In this document: piece by piece, positions 36,563 through 45,952 of the stretch
How the letters are laid out: every line of letters begins with the position of its first letter
Position numbering within the stretch: position 1 is the stretch's first letter
Source: Herpetosiphon sp. NSE202
GTDB taxonomy: Bacteria; Chloroflexota; Chloroflexia; Chloroflexales; Herpetosiphonaceae
DNA length: 64,000 bases
Direction of reading: 5' to 3'
Assembly (NCBI RefSeq): GCF_042688385.1
Contig: NZ_JBHUPY010000007.1
Span: forward strand, 66,110-130,109
Position numbers and translations under genes: made by a program
The notes under the pieces: generated by a model
Told to the model about the DNA's origin: nothing
Seen by the model: the letters and a program-made list of their open reading frames with translations, nothing else
Databases searched by the model: none

Positions 36563-38020
36563 TTAAAATGTTCCTTGGCTGGCTTCTAAGCTGCCAATCC
36601 AGCGTTCGCAGGCTGAACGCAACCACCCGACCGCGATGCCGTCAATGACGGTGCTACTTGAATGTTGGGCCAACTTGCGTAACGCATGTTGATAATAGCG
36701 CAAGGCTGCGGTTTCCCGCCCTTGGTGGCGATAGCTTTCGGCCAAATGAAAGGCGATTGTTGGCGATTCGGGCACCAAATAGCTGGCACGCTCCAAATAA
36801 TTAATCGCTTTATCCCACGCACCTTGGTTGAGCTCGATCATGCCCAGCACCACATAGGCGGCATCTTGCAAGACATCAAGTTCTAAGGCGCGGCGGGCCT
36901 CGGCAGCAGCTTGCTCGTTTTGGCCAAGGTCGGCATGCAATTGCGCAGCCAAAGCCAAAATTGCTGGCTGGCGCTGATTGGGCGCAATACTAGCCAATAA
37001 GCTCAAACCGCGTCGCTGCTGGCCTTGTGCCCGCAAGGTACGGGCTTCAGCCAATAAACTCGCTACATCAGGCGCTTTCAGCACATCAACAGTAACGATG
37101 GGCCGCGTAATTGGCCGTGGTCGCGCTGGAGTTGGCTCGACTGGCTTATCGAGTGGCTTGGTAATGGGCCGTTCGATAGTCGGGCGTGGCTTGGGCTGAC
37201 CATCGCCTTTACGATAAATGAAAGCGCCAGCCACCTCGACCGTTTCAAAGCGATCAAAAATGCCCCACAGCGATTCAGAAAAGCCCAAGAGCAAATAGCC
37301 ACCAACCGCCAACGCCGCATAAATCCGTTCGATCAACTGGCGACATGTTTCGAGTTGAAAATAGATTGTGACGTTTTGGCAAAACACCACATCAAGCTGA
37401 TAGGCCCAATGCGGCAGTGCATCAAGCAAATTGTGCTGTTCGAATTGTACCAAGGATCGCGCTGCTTCGCTGACGCGCAGCGACCCGTTGGGCTGTTGCT
37501 CAAACCATTGTTTGTAGTCGGCTTGAACATTGGCCAACGAACGCCCACGATACTCGCCAGCAATCGCGCGCTCAAGCGGCACATGGCTTAAATCGGTGGC
37601 CCAAATCGAAATCGGGCGGCTTGGCGGATTACCCCATTGCTGCAAGGCAACCATGGCCATGCTATACGGCTCCTCGCCAGTTGAGCAGCCAGCGCTCCAG
37701 CAGCGCAGCGGACGCAACGGCGAACGAACACGCTGAAGTTCAGGAAAAATATGCTCGCGCAAGGCCCGAAAATGGGCTGGGTTACGAAAAAATTGAGTTT
37801 CGTGATTGGCCAAGCGCTCAGCCAACCATTGCAATTCGCTCGCATTGGTCGGGTCTTGAATGCGCAGCGTATAGGCCGCTGGGCTAATTTGCAATTGGCG
37901 ATAGCGTTCCTGAACAAACATGCGGCCTTGGCGCATGCGACTATCATCGAGATACAAGCCCGCTCGACGAGCGAGATAATCACGAATGATCGTCCATTGT
38001 TCAGTGCTTAACTCACTCAT
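36563..38020 (-). CDS. cheR: Chemotaxis protein methyltransferase CheR with a C-terminal TPR domain
   Basis: The SAM-dependent MTase core reads RCWSAGCSTGEEPYSMAM. C-terminal TPR repeats are present. Confidence 0.8.
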   Translation of the reverse strand: MSELSTEQWTIIRDYLARRAGLYLDDSRMRQGRMFVQERYRQLQISPAAYTLRIQDPTNASELQWLAERLANHETQFFRNPAHFRALREHIFPELQRVRSPLRPLRCWSAGCSTGEEPYSMAMVALQQWGNPPSRPISIWATDLSHVPLERAIAGEYRGRSLANVQADYKQWFEQQPNGSLRVSEAARSLVQFEQHNLLDALPHWAYQLDVVFCQNVTIYFQLETCRQLIERIYAALAVGGYLLLGFSESLWGIFDRFETVEVAGAFIYRKGDGQPKPRPTIERPITKPLDKPVEPTPARPRPITRPIVTVDVLKAPDVASLLAEARTLRAQGQQRRGLSLLASIAPNQRQPAILALAAQLHADLGQNEQAAAEARRALELDVLQDAAYVVLGMIELNQGAWDKAINYLERASYLVPESPTIAFHLAESYRHQGRETAALRYYQHALRKLAQHSSSTVIDGIAVGWLRSACERWIGSLEASQGTF

Positions 38021-39099
38021 CGACGTTCAGCTTCACTGAGCAGCGCCACCAACCGCGGCGCAATCGAATCGGCAGCCAAAAATTCCATCGCCGCCCCAAC
38101 TTCCTCGGCGGCTCGCGGCATGCCCCAAATCGCGCTGGTTGTGCGATCTTGGGCAATTGTGCGTGCGCCCGCTCGCCGTAAGGCCAACAACCCTTGTGCG
38201 CCGTCACGGCCCATGCCCGTTAACAGCACGCCAATCGTTTGCTTGGGCAAAACCTTAGCCGCTGATTGCATGGTTACGTCAACCGATGGATACAGTAAGT
38301 TATCTGGTTGCGATTCAAGATGCACCGTCCAGTTGCCATCGATACGCAAATGATGGGTATCAGGGGCAACATAGACATGGCCGTTTTTCAAACTGCCGCG
38401 ATGCTGCGCCAACTCCACCTTCAAGGGCGAATGATTGTCCAACCAGTCTACCATTGTACCAACAAATCCCTCAGCGATGTGCTGCACAATGATAATGCTT
38501 GCGGGGATGCTCGCAGGCAGGCTATGCAGGAGTTTGTATAACACACGTGGGCCACCCGTCGAAGCGCCAACGACAATCAGCCAGCGTTGGCTTGGCGGGC
38601 TAATTGAAGCCATCAATAAGGGAATATTGGTCTCAGTAGTTGGCGATTTGCGCCGTCGCCCGCGTAAATGGGTTACAACTTTGACCCGTGAAAGCACCTT
38701 GACTCGTTCCAATAGTCGCATTCGATTTGCTTCGCCTTGGGCAAGTGTCAAATCGTTGGGTTTTTCCCACACTTCCAACGCTCCGGCATTGAGCATCTGA
38801 AAGGTTAAATTGCGATCATGGCGGGTCAGCGATGAGGTAATCACCAAAATTGGGGTTGGATGATAGGCCATAATTTCTTCAGTGGCCTGCAAACCATCCA
38901 TCACTGGCATGCGCACATCCATCGTGATAATGTCTGGTTGCAAGGCTGCCGCCAATTGCACCGCCTCACGCCCATCACGGGCCTCGCCAACCACTTGAAT
39001 CGCCGAATCACTGGCTAAAATAGTGCTGATGACTCGGCGCGAAACCGCCGAATCATCGACAACTAAGACGCGAATTGGTGCAAGCGGCCCTGTCATCAT
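38017..39099 (-). CDS. cheB: Chemotaxis response regulator protein-glutamate methylesterase CheB
   Basis: The REC domain is IRVLVVDDSAVSRRVI...DVRMPVMDG. The methylesterase region is VVGASTGGPRVL ... IVQHIAEGF. Confidence 0.85.
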   Translation of the reverse strand: MMTGPLAPIRVLVVDDSAVSRRVISTILASDSAIQVVGEARDGREAVQLAAALQPDIITMDVRMPVMDGLQATEEIMAYHPTPILVITSSLTRHDRNLTFQMLNAGALEVWEKPNDLTLAQGEANRMRLLERVKVLSRVKVVTHLRGRRRKSPTTETNIPLLMASISPPSQRWLIVVGASTGGPRVLYKLLHSLPASIPASIIIVQHIAEGFVGTMVDWLDNHSPLKVELAQHRGSLKNGHVYVAPDTHHLRIDGNWTVHLESQPDNLLYPSVDVTMQSAAKVLPKQTIGVLLTGMGRDGAQGLLALRRAGARTIAQDRTTSAIWGMPRAAEEVGAAMEFLAADSIAPRLVALLSEAERR

Positions 39100-39458
39100 T
39101 ACATACCCAACAACAGTTTGACCCGATTGGGCAAATCGAGCAAATCAAGGTCTTTGTTAAGATAATCGTCGACTCCAGCTTCAAAGCCAGCCCGTTTATC
39201 ATCCATCGAGGTCAACATGATAATTGGCAATTCTTCAAATAAGGGATTGGCGCGCAACTGACGGCAAACCTCGTAGCCATCAATGCCAGGCATTTGCACA
39301 TCCAACACCACTAAATCAGGCGTGAGATCGCCGATTTTTTGCAGCGCTTCCTCGCCGCTATAGGCCAAATCGACGGCATAGCCATACATTTCGAGCCGCA
39401 TTTTGACAATATCGGTAACCAGTTTGCTATCGTCAACAACTAAGATTCGTTCACTCAT
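39099..39458 (-). CDS. cheY: CheY-like single-domain response regulator
   Basis: ILVVDDSKLV ... VVLDVQMPGIDG ... LTSMD ... GVDDYLNKD. Confidence 0.8.
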   Translation of the reverse strand: MSERILVVDDSKLVTDIVKMRLEMYGYAVDLAYSGEEALQKIGDLTPDLVVLDVQMPGIDGYEVCRQLRANPLFEELPIIMLTSMDDKRAGFEAGVDDYLNKDLDLLDLPNRVKLLLGM

Positions 39459-39508
39459 TGAAAAACTCCTCGCAGGGAAAGATTGGTAGTAATCAAGGCC
39501 AGGCTACT

Positions 39509-41815
39509 TTAGCGGCCAAGTAATTGATGAATCGTTTCGAGCAAGTTGCTTTGATCAAACTGGCTTTTGACGATATAAGCTTGTGCGCCAGCCAATAAGC
39601 CTTCACGCCGATCGCTATCACGGGCTAGGCTTGTGATAATAATAATTGGCAGTTGGCGCAAACGTTCATGGCCACGCACCCGACGGGTCAACTCAAAGCC
39701 AGTCAGCAACGGCATTTCAACATCGCTTACCAGCAGATCGTAGGAATTGAGGTTGAGCTTGTCAAGCGCATCTTGGCCGTTAATGGCGGTTTCGACGATG
39801 TAGCCCGCCGATTGTAGCATCGAGCGTAGTAGCTCGCGGGTGGTAAACGAATCTTCGGCAACCAACAATTTGGCTGGCTGACGTTTGCTTGGCGCTGGCA
39901 AGGCCACTGGTTTGCCCCATTCGCGCGCTCGCGCCGCAATCGCCAATGGATTGAGCACCAGCACCAAACGCCCATCGGGTAAGGCAATTGCCCCAGTGCA
40001 CAAGCGCTGTTCGTTCAACAACGCTCCCAGCGATTTCACCACAACTTCGCGTTCATCAACCAATTTATCGACCAGCAAGGCCAAAGGCCGATTGGCCGGC
40101 CCCAAAACCACCAAATTGGAAATATCCGATGGTTGGGGCAACGGCCCACGCTGCTCAAGCAATGGTGCAAGCGCCACAATGCTCACGCTGCGCTCATCGA
40201 CGCGCACGCTTGGGCGGCCTTCGACCATTTGAATTTGTGCGCCCGAAACCCGCCGCCCACCCAAACAGGCGGTCGATGGCAAGGCATAGGTCGTTCCAGC
40301 CACATCAAACAACAGCACCCGCGTGGTCAGCAAGGTAATTGGCAAAATCAGGGTGAACGTCGTGCCTTGACCAAGCACTGAATGCACATCAACCCGTCCG
40401 CCAACTTCGCTCACAGCGGCGCGCACCACATCCATGCCCACGCCACGGCCAGAAACATCGGTGATGATTGCGCTGGTGGAAAAACCAGGCTGCCAGATTA
40501 ACTCCAAAGCTTCTTCATCGCGCAACCGCGCCGCCGATTCAGCATCGATAATGCCGCGTTTAATTGCTGTCGCCCGAATCACCGCCGGATCAATGCCACG
40601 GCCATCGTCGCTGATGATAATTTCAATCGTGCCGCCCAACGAGCGGGCTTGCAAGCGCAAGGTGGCCTCAGCAGGCTTGTTGGTTTTAATCCGATCTTCG
40701 GGCGTTTCAACCCCATGATCAAGCGCGTTGCGCACCAAATGCAGCAACGGATCAGCCATCAACTCAATCACTTTGCGGTCGGCCTCGGTGGTTTCGCCTT
40801 CGGTGATTAAGTTAACTTCTTTGCCCAACGAGCGTGCCAATTCGCGCACTGCTCGAGGAATTGGCGCAAACAAACCAGCGACTGGCTGCAAGCGCGTTGC
40901 CATCACCTCGGCCTCAAGTTCATCGACCAAGGCTTCACTGGCGGCGCTATGGCTGCTCCAACGCTCGCTGAGCAAGCGCAATTGGTTGCGGGTCGATTGC
41001 GCCAGATTTTGCAATTGGCTGGCGAGTTCGCTGGCTTCACGCCGTTGCTGAAAGGTCACGCGCTGGCCAGTTAAGCGCTCGCTTAGTTGTTGGCTCAGGC
41101 GCTCGCTTTTGCTCAGCAATTTATCCAAGGCTTCGAGATCGGCCACATGCTCAAGGTGCAATTGGCGGGTAACGACCAACTCACCAGCCGTATTCAACAA
41201 GCGATCTAAGCGTGCAATCGGTACACGCACTGTCGAACGCGTGGTGTTGATTAGCTTTGGAGCTTCGCCCGTAGGCCTAGCTTTTTTCGGGGCTGGGCGC
41301 GCGACAACTGGGGCTGGCTCAGGATTGGGTTGCTCAAGCACAACTGGCACTGGCTCGGGTTCTGGTTCAGCCAAAGGCTCAACAATCGGCGCTAGCTTTT
41401 TGGCTGGCGGCGCAGTTGGCAGGCTTTCGCCAGCTGCCAAGGCATTCAGTTGCTCGACCAACATATCGACATTGGGATCGGTCGGCGGCGGCTCGTTGAC
41501 GTTGGCGTTCAAGGCCAACAGCACATCAGCGCTAGCCAGCAGCACATCGTTAATGCTTGCATTCATGGCCAGCATGCCACTGCGCAAAGCCGAAAGCAAG
41601 CTTTCCATCGAATGCGCTAAACGCCCCATATCGATTTGGCCAAGCATGCGGGCTGAGCCTTTGATCGTATGCGCAGCCCGAAAAATCGTATCAATCGCTT
41701 CGCGATCGCCTGGGTTTGACTCCAAGGCCAACAAGCCTGTGGTCAAGGCCCGCACATTCTCTTCAGTTTCTTCGCGAAACTGGCCAAAAAATGCTGATAA
41801 ATCAAAACCGCCCAT
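39509..41815 (-). CDS. cheA: CheA histidine kinase with a fused C-terminal receiver domain
   Basis: The Hpt region is FRAAHTIKGSARMLG. The HATPase region is DDGRGID...SGRGVGMD. A CheW-like domain and a C-terminal REC (LLVAEDSFTTR...DVEMPLLTG) follow. The antisense ORF at 41109..41822 is rejected. Confidence 0.85.
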   Translation of the reverse strand: MGGFDLSAFFGQFREETEENVRALTTGLLALESNPGDREAIDTIFRAAHTIKGSARMLGQIDMGRLAHSMESLLSALRSGMLAMNASINDVLLASADVLLALNANVNEPPPTDPNVDMLVEQLNALAAGESLPTAPPAKKLAPIVEPLAEPEPEPVPVVLEQPNPEPAPVVARPAPKKARPTGEAPKLINTTRSTVRVPIARLDRLLNTAGELVVTRQLHLEHVADLEALDKLLSKSERLSQQLSERLTGQRVTFQQRREASELASQLQNLAQSTRNQLRLLSERWSSHSAASEALVDELEAEVMATRLQPVAGLFAPIPRAVRELARSLGKEVNLITEGETTEADRKVIELMADPLLHLVRNALDHGVETPEDRIKTNKPAEATLRLQARSLGGTIEIIISDDGRGIDPAVIRATAIKRGIIDAESAARLRDEEALELIWQPGFSTSAIITDVSGRGVGMDVVRAAVSEVGGRVDVHSVLGQGTTFTLILPITLLTTRVLLFDVAGTTYALPSTACLGGRRVSGAQIQMVEGRPSVRVDERSVSIVALAPLLEQRGPLPQPSDISNLVVLGPANRPLALLVDKLVDEREVVVKSLGALLNEQRLCTGAIALPDGRLVLVLNPLAIAARAREWGKPVALPAPSKRQPAKLLVAEDSFTTRELLRSMLQSAGYIVETAINGQDALDKLNLNSYDLLVSDVEMPLLTGFELTRRVRGHERLRQLPIIIITSLARDSDRREGLLAGAQAYIVKSQFDQSNLLETIHQLLGR

Positions 41816-41830
41816 GCGATAGCTCCTCGC

Positions 41831-43417
41831 TTAGCGTGTATTGGCCTCGATGTTGACCAACGAATGCAAACGGTTTGCAATCGCGGTGAGTTTGGATGCT
41901 GCATCGGCAGTTTGGCGCGAACCAGCCGCCGTTTGACGTGAGACTTCGGCAATTTCACGCATGGTTTCGACAACTTGCTCCGATGCAGTTTGTTGCTGAG
42001 CAGTCGCTAGGCTAATTTCTTGGGCCAATTGGGCGGTATGTTCGCCCAAAACCACAATCGAATCCATCTCTTGGCCTGCCCGATGCGCCAAGTTGACCCC
42101 TTGAACAACTTCTTTGACGCTTTCTTCTGTCGCCAGCACCGAGGCATTGGTCGCAGCCTGAATTTCGGCAATCACATCTTTGACTTCGCGCGAAGCGGCC
42201 AAGGTACGGTTAGCCAAGCTCTTGACTTCGGCGGCAACCACCGCAAAACGGCGACCATGCTCGCCAGCACCAGCAGCTTCAATCGCCGCATTCAAAGCCA
42301 ACAGGTGAGTTTCATCGGAAACATCGTCAATCAAGGCGATAATTTCGCTAATATGATGCGAACGTTCGCCCAAGCTCAAAACCCGCGATGAAACCTCTTG
42401 CACCCGTTGCTTAATCCGTTCCATGCCTTGAATCGCTTCATCAACCGATTGCTGGCCCATCGCCAACGAGGTCAAGGTTTGTTGAGCAGCAATGCTCACT
42501 TGATCCGAGGCGCTAGCGATTTGGCGCGCTGTAAAGCCCAATTCTTCAATCGTTGATGAAACTTCGGCAACTGCCGAAGCTTGTTCGGTTGCGCCCGAAG
42601 CTTGTTGCTGCGAGGCAGCCGACAATTCGGTAGCGGCAAACGAAAGATCGGTGCCAAGCTCAATCTGCTGAATATTTTTCTCGATCAATTGCTCGTTGGC
42701 CCGCATCAAATCGGCAGTCCATTGCTCGCTTTTGAGCGAATATTCGGCCAAAGCCTTGCTGAAAATCGTGGTTAGCACAATCGTTGTCGCCAAGCCCACA
42801 AAAAACAGCACAGCGCCAACGCCATACACACCTGCATCACCAGCGGTTAACGTGCCTTCAGAAACCCTGAATGAGCCAAGATTATCTTTGAGCAGCAGCA
42901 ACATGCCATAGGCAAAGGTGATCGAAATGCCATAGGCCACAATTTCGCGCCAAGTTGCTACCAAGCCAACGATAAACAGCATGACCAGCAACAACGAAAT
43001 GATCAGGCTTTGATCGATGCCGCCATAACGCACGGCACATGCTAAAGCTGCCAGCGAAATCGTGCCAATCAAAACATAGGTGGCAATTTGTTCTTGGCCT
43101 TGGCGAATCATACGCAAGCTAAAGAAGGCCACCAGCAAAATCGCGCCCATCGAAACAAACAGTACCCCGAGCGCATTCCACAATTGCGGATTATTGCGCT
43201 CGTAAATCCACGCTACCAAGGTGACTAACAAGGGCACGACCAAGGCAGCCAAGGCGACAATCCGCATAATCACGCGGCGGCGATCAGCTAAATTCGTAAA
43301 ATCGAGTGAGAAAAGCGAACCTAAATTCGCCATGAGCAGACTCCTTGGCACTGGTCTAGCGCTTTGCGTGTACCAGCACAAACAGTTCGAGATCAAGCAT
43401 GAGGCATGGGCATTCAT
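41831..43417 (-). CDS. Methyl-accepting chemotaxis protein with a polytopic membrane N-terminus
   Basis: The MCP signalling hairpin reads ETHLLALNAAIEAAGAGEHGRRFAVVAAEVKSLA. Roughly 6 TM segments come before it. The start could be 43334 or 43267. Confidence 0.8.
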   Translation of the reverse strand: MNAHASCLISNCLCWYTQSARPVPRSLLMANLGSLFSLDFTNLADRRRVIMRIVALAALVVPLLVTLVAWIYERNNPQLWNALGVLFVSMGAILLVAFFSLRMIRQGQEQIATYVLIGTISLAALACAVRYGGIDQSLIISLLLVMLFIVGLVATWREIVAYGISITFAYGMLLLLKDNLGSFRVSEGTLTAGDAGVYGVGAVLFFVGLATTIVLTTIFSKALAEYSLKSEQWTADLMRANEQLIEKNIQQIELGTDLSFAATELSAASQQQASGATEQASAVAEVSSTIEELGFTARQIASASDQVSIAAQQTLTSLAMGQQSVDEAIQGMERIKQRVQEVSSRVLSLGERSHHISEIIALIDDVSDETHLLALNAAIEAAGAGEHGRRFAVVAAEVKSLANRTLAASREVKDVIAEIQAATNASVLATEESVKEVVQGVNLAHRAGQEMDSIVVLGEHTAQLAQEISLATAQQQTASEQVVETMREIAEVSRQTAAGSRQTADAASKLTAIANRLHSLVNIEANTR

Positions 43418-43790
43418 CGAGCATAATAATGCCTAAAATGCTGGGGTCGAGCAAACTATCGGAAACTAAACTTGGCAATGGTTGCACGGTCAGTGCGGCC
43501 CGAATCGGGTCGCCCAATTGATCAACGACCACGGCCAAGCTTGCTTGTCCAGCCACAAATAAGGCTAAGCGATTGGTTTGTTCGCCAATTGGCTGTTGCA
43601 GCCACTGATTTAAATCGATCACGTCGATTGGGTTGCCGTGCTGAATCACACGGCGAATTGGCTGCCCGCTATTAGCAACATAATCCACACCTACCAAGGC
43701 GGTTTGGCGAATTAAGAGCGTTTGATCGCCAACACTCAGCGGATACAAATCGCTGACAACTGTTGGACTAACCATTGTTGATCGACCCAA
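43356..43790 (-). CDS. cheW: CheW-like coupling protein (copy 2)
   Basis: It has a CheW-fold length and pattern. The likely start MVSPTV is at 43775, 4 nt after the upstream cheW stop. Confidence 0.65.
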   Translation of the reverse strand: MGRSTMVSPTVVSDLYPLSVGDQTLLIRQTALVGVDYVANSGQPIRRVIQHGNPIDVIDLNQWLQQPIGEQTNRLALFVAGQASLAVVVDQLGDPIRAALTVQPLPSLVSDSLLDPSILGIIMLDECPCLMLDLELFVLVHAKR

Positions 43791-44274
43791 GCAGCGCAGC
43801 TAGATCAAGCCAAGTTGCAAAACCAAACGGCGTTGGCAGCAAGCCTCTGCTAGCAACCGTGCCGCGATGCGGCGTTGGCTCAGCCAAACTTAAGTCAAGC
43901 TGTAACATATCGAGCACTTGATCAACTGCAATTGCACAGTCAATCTGTTCGTGAACCAGCAAAAAGCGGCTGCGGCGGGTTGGCGTAATAGGCTTCATGC
44001 CCAAGATTACCCGCATATCAACCGCTGTCAGCAACACGCCACGCTGATTGATAATGCCCATAATCGCCGCCGCCGTGCCGGGAATTCTGGTTGGCGTGCG
44101 CCAACGCTCGATGCCACGGGCTTGCTCGACGGGCAAGGCAAAGCGTTCTTGATCGAGGATAAAAACCACAAATTGCGCCAATTGATCCGCAACTTGGCTC
44201 ACAGCAGGCTCTCCCCATGATTCAATGTTGGCAGCCTTGGCCACATGCCAAGCAACCAACGAGCAAATCATCAC
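43768..44274 (-). CDS. cheW: CheW coupling protein (copy 1)
   Basis: QFVVFILDQERFALPVEQARGIER ... IPGTAAAIMGIINQRGVLLTAVDMRVILG. Confidence 0.75.
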   Translation of the reverse strand: MMICSLVAWHVAKAANIESWGEPAVSQVADQLAQFVVFILDQERFALPVEQARGIERWRTPTRIPGTAAAIMGIINQRGVLLTAVDMRVILGMKPITPTRRSRFLLVHEQIDCAIAVDQVLDMLQLDLSLAEPTPHRGTVASRGLLPTPFGFATWLDLAALLGSINNG

Positions 44275-44279
44275 AAATG

Positions 44280-44840
44280 GCGCGTTCTAAAGCAGCAAAT
44301 CGTAGCTTAGCATAGTCGCAAGGTAGCCCAACTGTCAAGCGTACTAAACCAAGTAATTCAAGGATGAAGTATGAGGGATGAGGGCCTACAGAACATAGAG
44401 CATAGAACATAGAACATAGGATTTGGGGATCAGGGATCGGGGATTGGGCTATTGGCTATTGGCTAGCGGAAGATTATTCGTGGAATTCGTGGCTAAAAAC
44501 GTGTGGATATTGGCTTTTGGCGTTGAGGACATAATCTGTGGTCATCTGGCTCAATCTGTAGCTAAAATGCTCTTCGCGATCTTCGCGGCCTTTGTGGTTT
44601 CAAGCTTCTTGCTCTTTGTGCTCTTCGCGGTTCAATATTTAACGCAGAGGCGCAGAGAATGTTTGGCTTTTGGCTAGCAGAATTTTATAGTGTGAGACCT
44701 AATCCTTCGTTTTATAGCCCATGGCCTATCGCCTATAGGCTCATCCTTCGTGCCCTTCGCGTTCTTCGCGGTTCAATAATTAACGCAGAGGCGCAGAGAA
44801 TGTAGCGCTATTGGCTTTTGACTTTTGACTTCTGCCTTCT
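44280..44840. repeat. Roughly 560-bp mosaic repeat spacer inside the chemosensory array
   Basis: It carries GGATGAAGTATGAGGGATGAGGG, GAACATAGAGCATAGAACATAGAACATAGG, GGGGATCAGGGATCGGGGATTGGG, CTATTGGCTATTGGCTAGCGG, ATTCGTGGAATTCGTGG, CTCTTCGCG four times, TTCGCGGTTCAATA(T/A)TTAACGCAGAGGCGCAGAGAATGT twice, and TTTTGACTTTTGACTTCTGCC. Confidence 0.8.
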
Positions 44841-44841
44841 A

Positions 44842-45168
44842 TTACAACGTTTGTAATTGCGAGATCAAGTGTTGGCCAGTGATTGGCTTGGCAAGGCTTA
44901 GGCAGCCAGTTGTTCGCGGTTGAGGCAAATCAGTCAACAGAATATAATTTTGATGATCAGCCCAGTTCAGCATGGTGCTCTGTTCGTTCGAAATTGCTTC
45001 ATCAAGAATTACAAAGCGTGGTTGATATTGCTGGTTCAATTGTTCGGCCAGCAGCGAACTATCAGCTTCGTAGACTGTGTATCCTGCTCGACGAAGGTGA
45101 TAGCGCATGAGTGTTCGGGTAATTTGATCAGGATCGACGAGCAAAACAGTCATTGGCATACAAAGCAT
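44842..45168 (-). CDS. Stand-alone receiver-domain protein
   Basis: LLVDPD, the phospho-Asp in FVILDE, T in ILLTD and K in LAKPI are all present. The likely start is MPMTVLL. Confidence 0.55.
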   Translation of the reverse strand: MLCMPMTVLLVDPDQITRTLMRYHLRRAGYTVYEADSSLLAEQLNQQYQPRFVILDEAISNEQSTMLNWADHQNYILLTDLPQPRTTGCLSLAKPITGQHLISQLQTL

Positions 45169-45235
45169 CCTTATAGTGATGGATCAATTGGACAACCATC
45201 ACCATCACTATAAGTACACAAGTTTACGAGTCAGA

Positions 45236-45946
45236 TTACAAGCCCCGCCGCGGTTGGACATCAAAGACGTAGCCCACGCCACGCACGGTTTTGAGGTAGA
45301 TTGGCTTGGATGGGTTGTCCTCAAGTTTGGTGCGCAACGAGCGAATTCGCACCCACAACGATGATTGATCGCCTTCTTCGCCCAAGCCCCAGGCTTTGCG
45401 CAACAAGGTTGTGGTGGCCACGGCCACGGTTGGCGTTTGCAGCAATAAATACAACACCCGCAGCTCAATTGGCTCCAAGGGAATCGCTTCGCCCTTGCGC
45501 ATCAAAATATGTTGGCCGAAATTGACCGATAAATCTTCATCTATCACAATCAACTCGCCTGGATGCAAGCCACCCTCATACGATTTGGTCAGCAGTTTGT
45601 TGACCCGCGCCCGCAATTCTGGGTAGCGATAGGGCTTGGTCATATAATCATCGGCGTGTTGCTCTAGCCCGCGCACAGTCGTCGCTTCATCGGAAATCGA
45701 AGTCAGCATGATGATCGGAATTTCAACATAGCGGCGCAAACGATCAGAGAGTTCAAATCCGGTCATGCCAGGCATCATCAAATCGAGAATCGCCAAATCG
45801 GGCCATGAACTTTCGACCATCGCCAGCGCCGATTGGCCTGATTCTGCGGCCATCACTTCAAAGCCATCGTTGAGCAAATTGCTCACCAAGGTGCGCCGAA
45901 TAATCGTGTCATCATCAACCACCAGAATCCGCCATCGTGCTGGCAT
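45236..45946 (-). CDS. OmpR-family response regulator (REC plus winged-helix)
   Basis: RILVVDDDTIIRR ... LAILDLMMPGMTG in the REC domain. YLKTVRGVGYVF in the trans_reg_C domain. Confidence 0.8.
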   Translation of the reverse strand: MPARWRILVVDDDTIIRRTLVSNLLNDGFEVMAAESGQSALAMVESSWPDLAILDLMMPGMTGFELSDRLRRYVEIPIIMLTSISDEATTVRGLEQHADDYMTKPYRYPELRARVNKLLTKSYEGGLHPGELIVIDEDLSVNFGQHILMRKGEAIPLEPIELRVLYLLLQTPTVAVATTTLLRKAWGLGEEGDQSSLWVRIRSLRTKLEDNPSKPIYLKTVRGVGYVFDVQPRRGL

Positions 45947-45952
45947 TGGGTC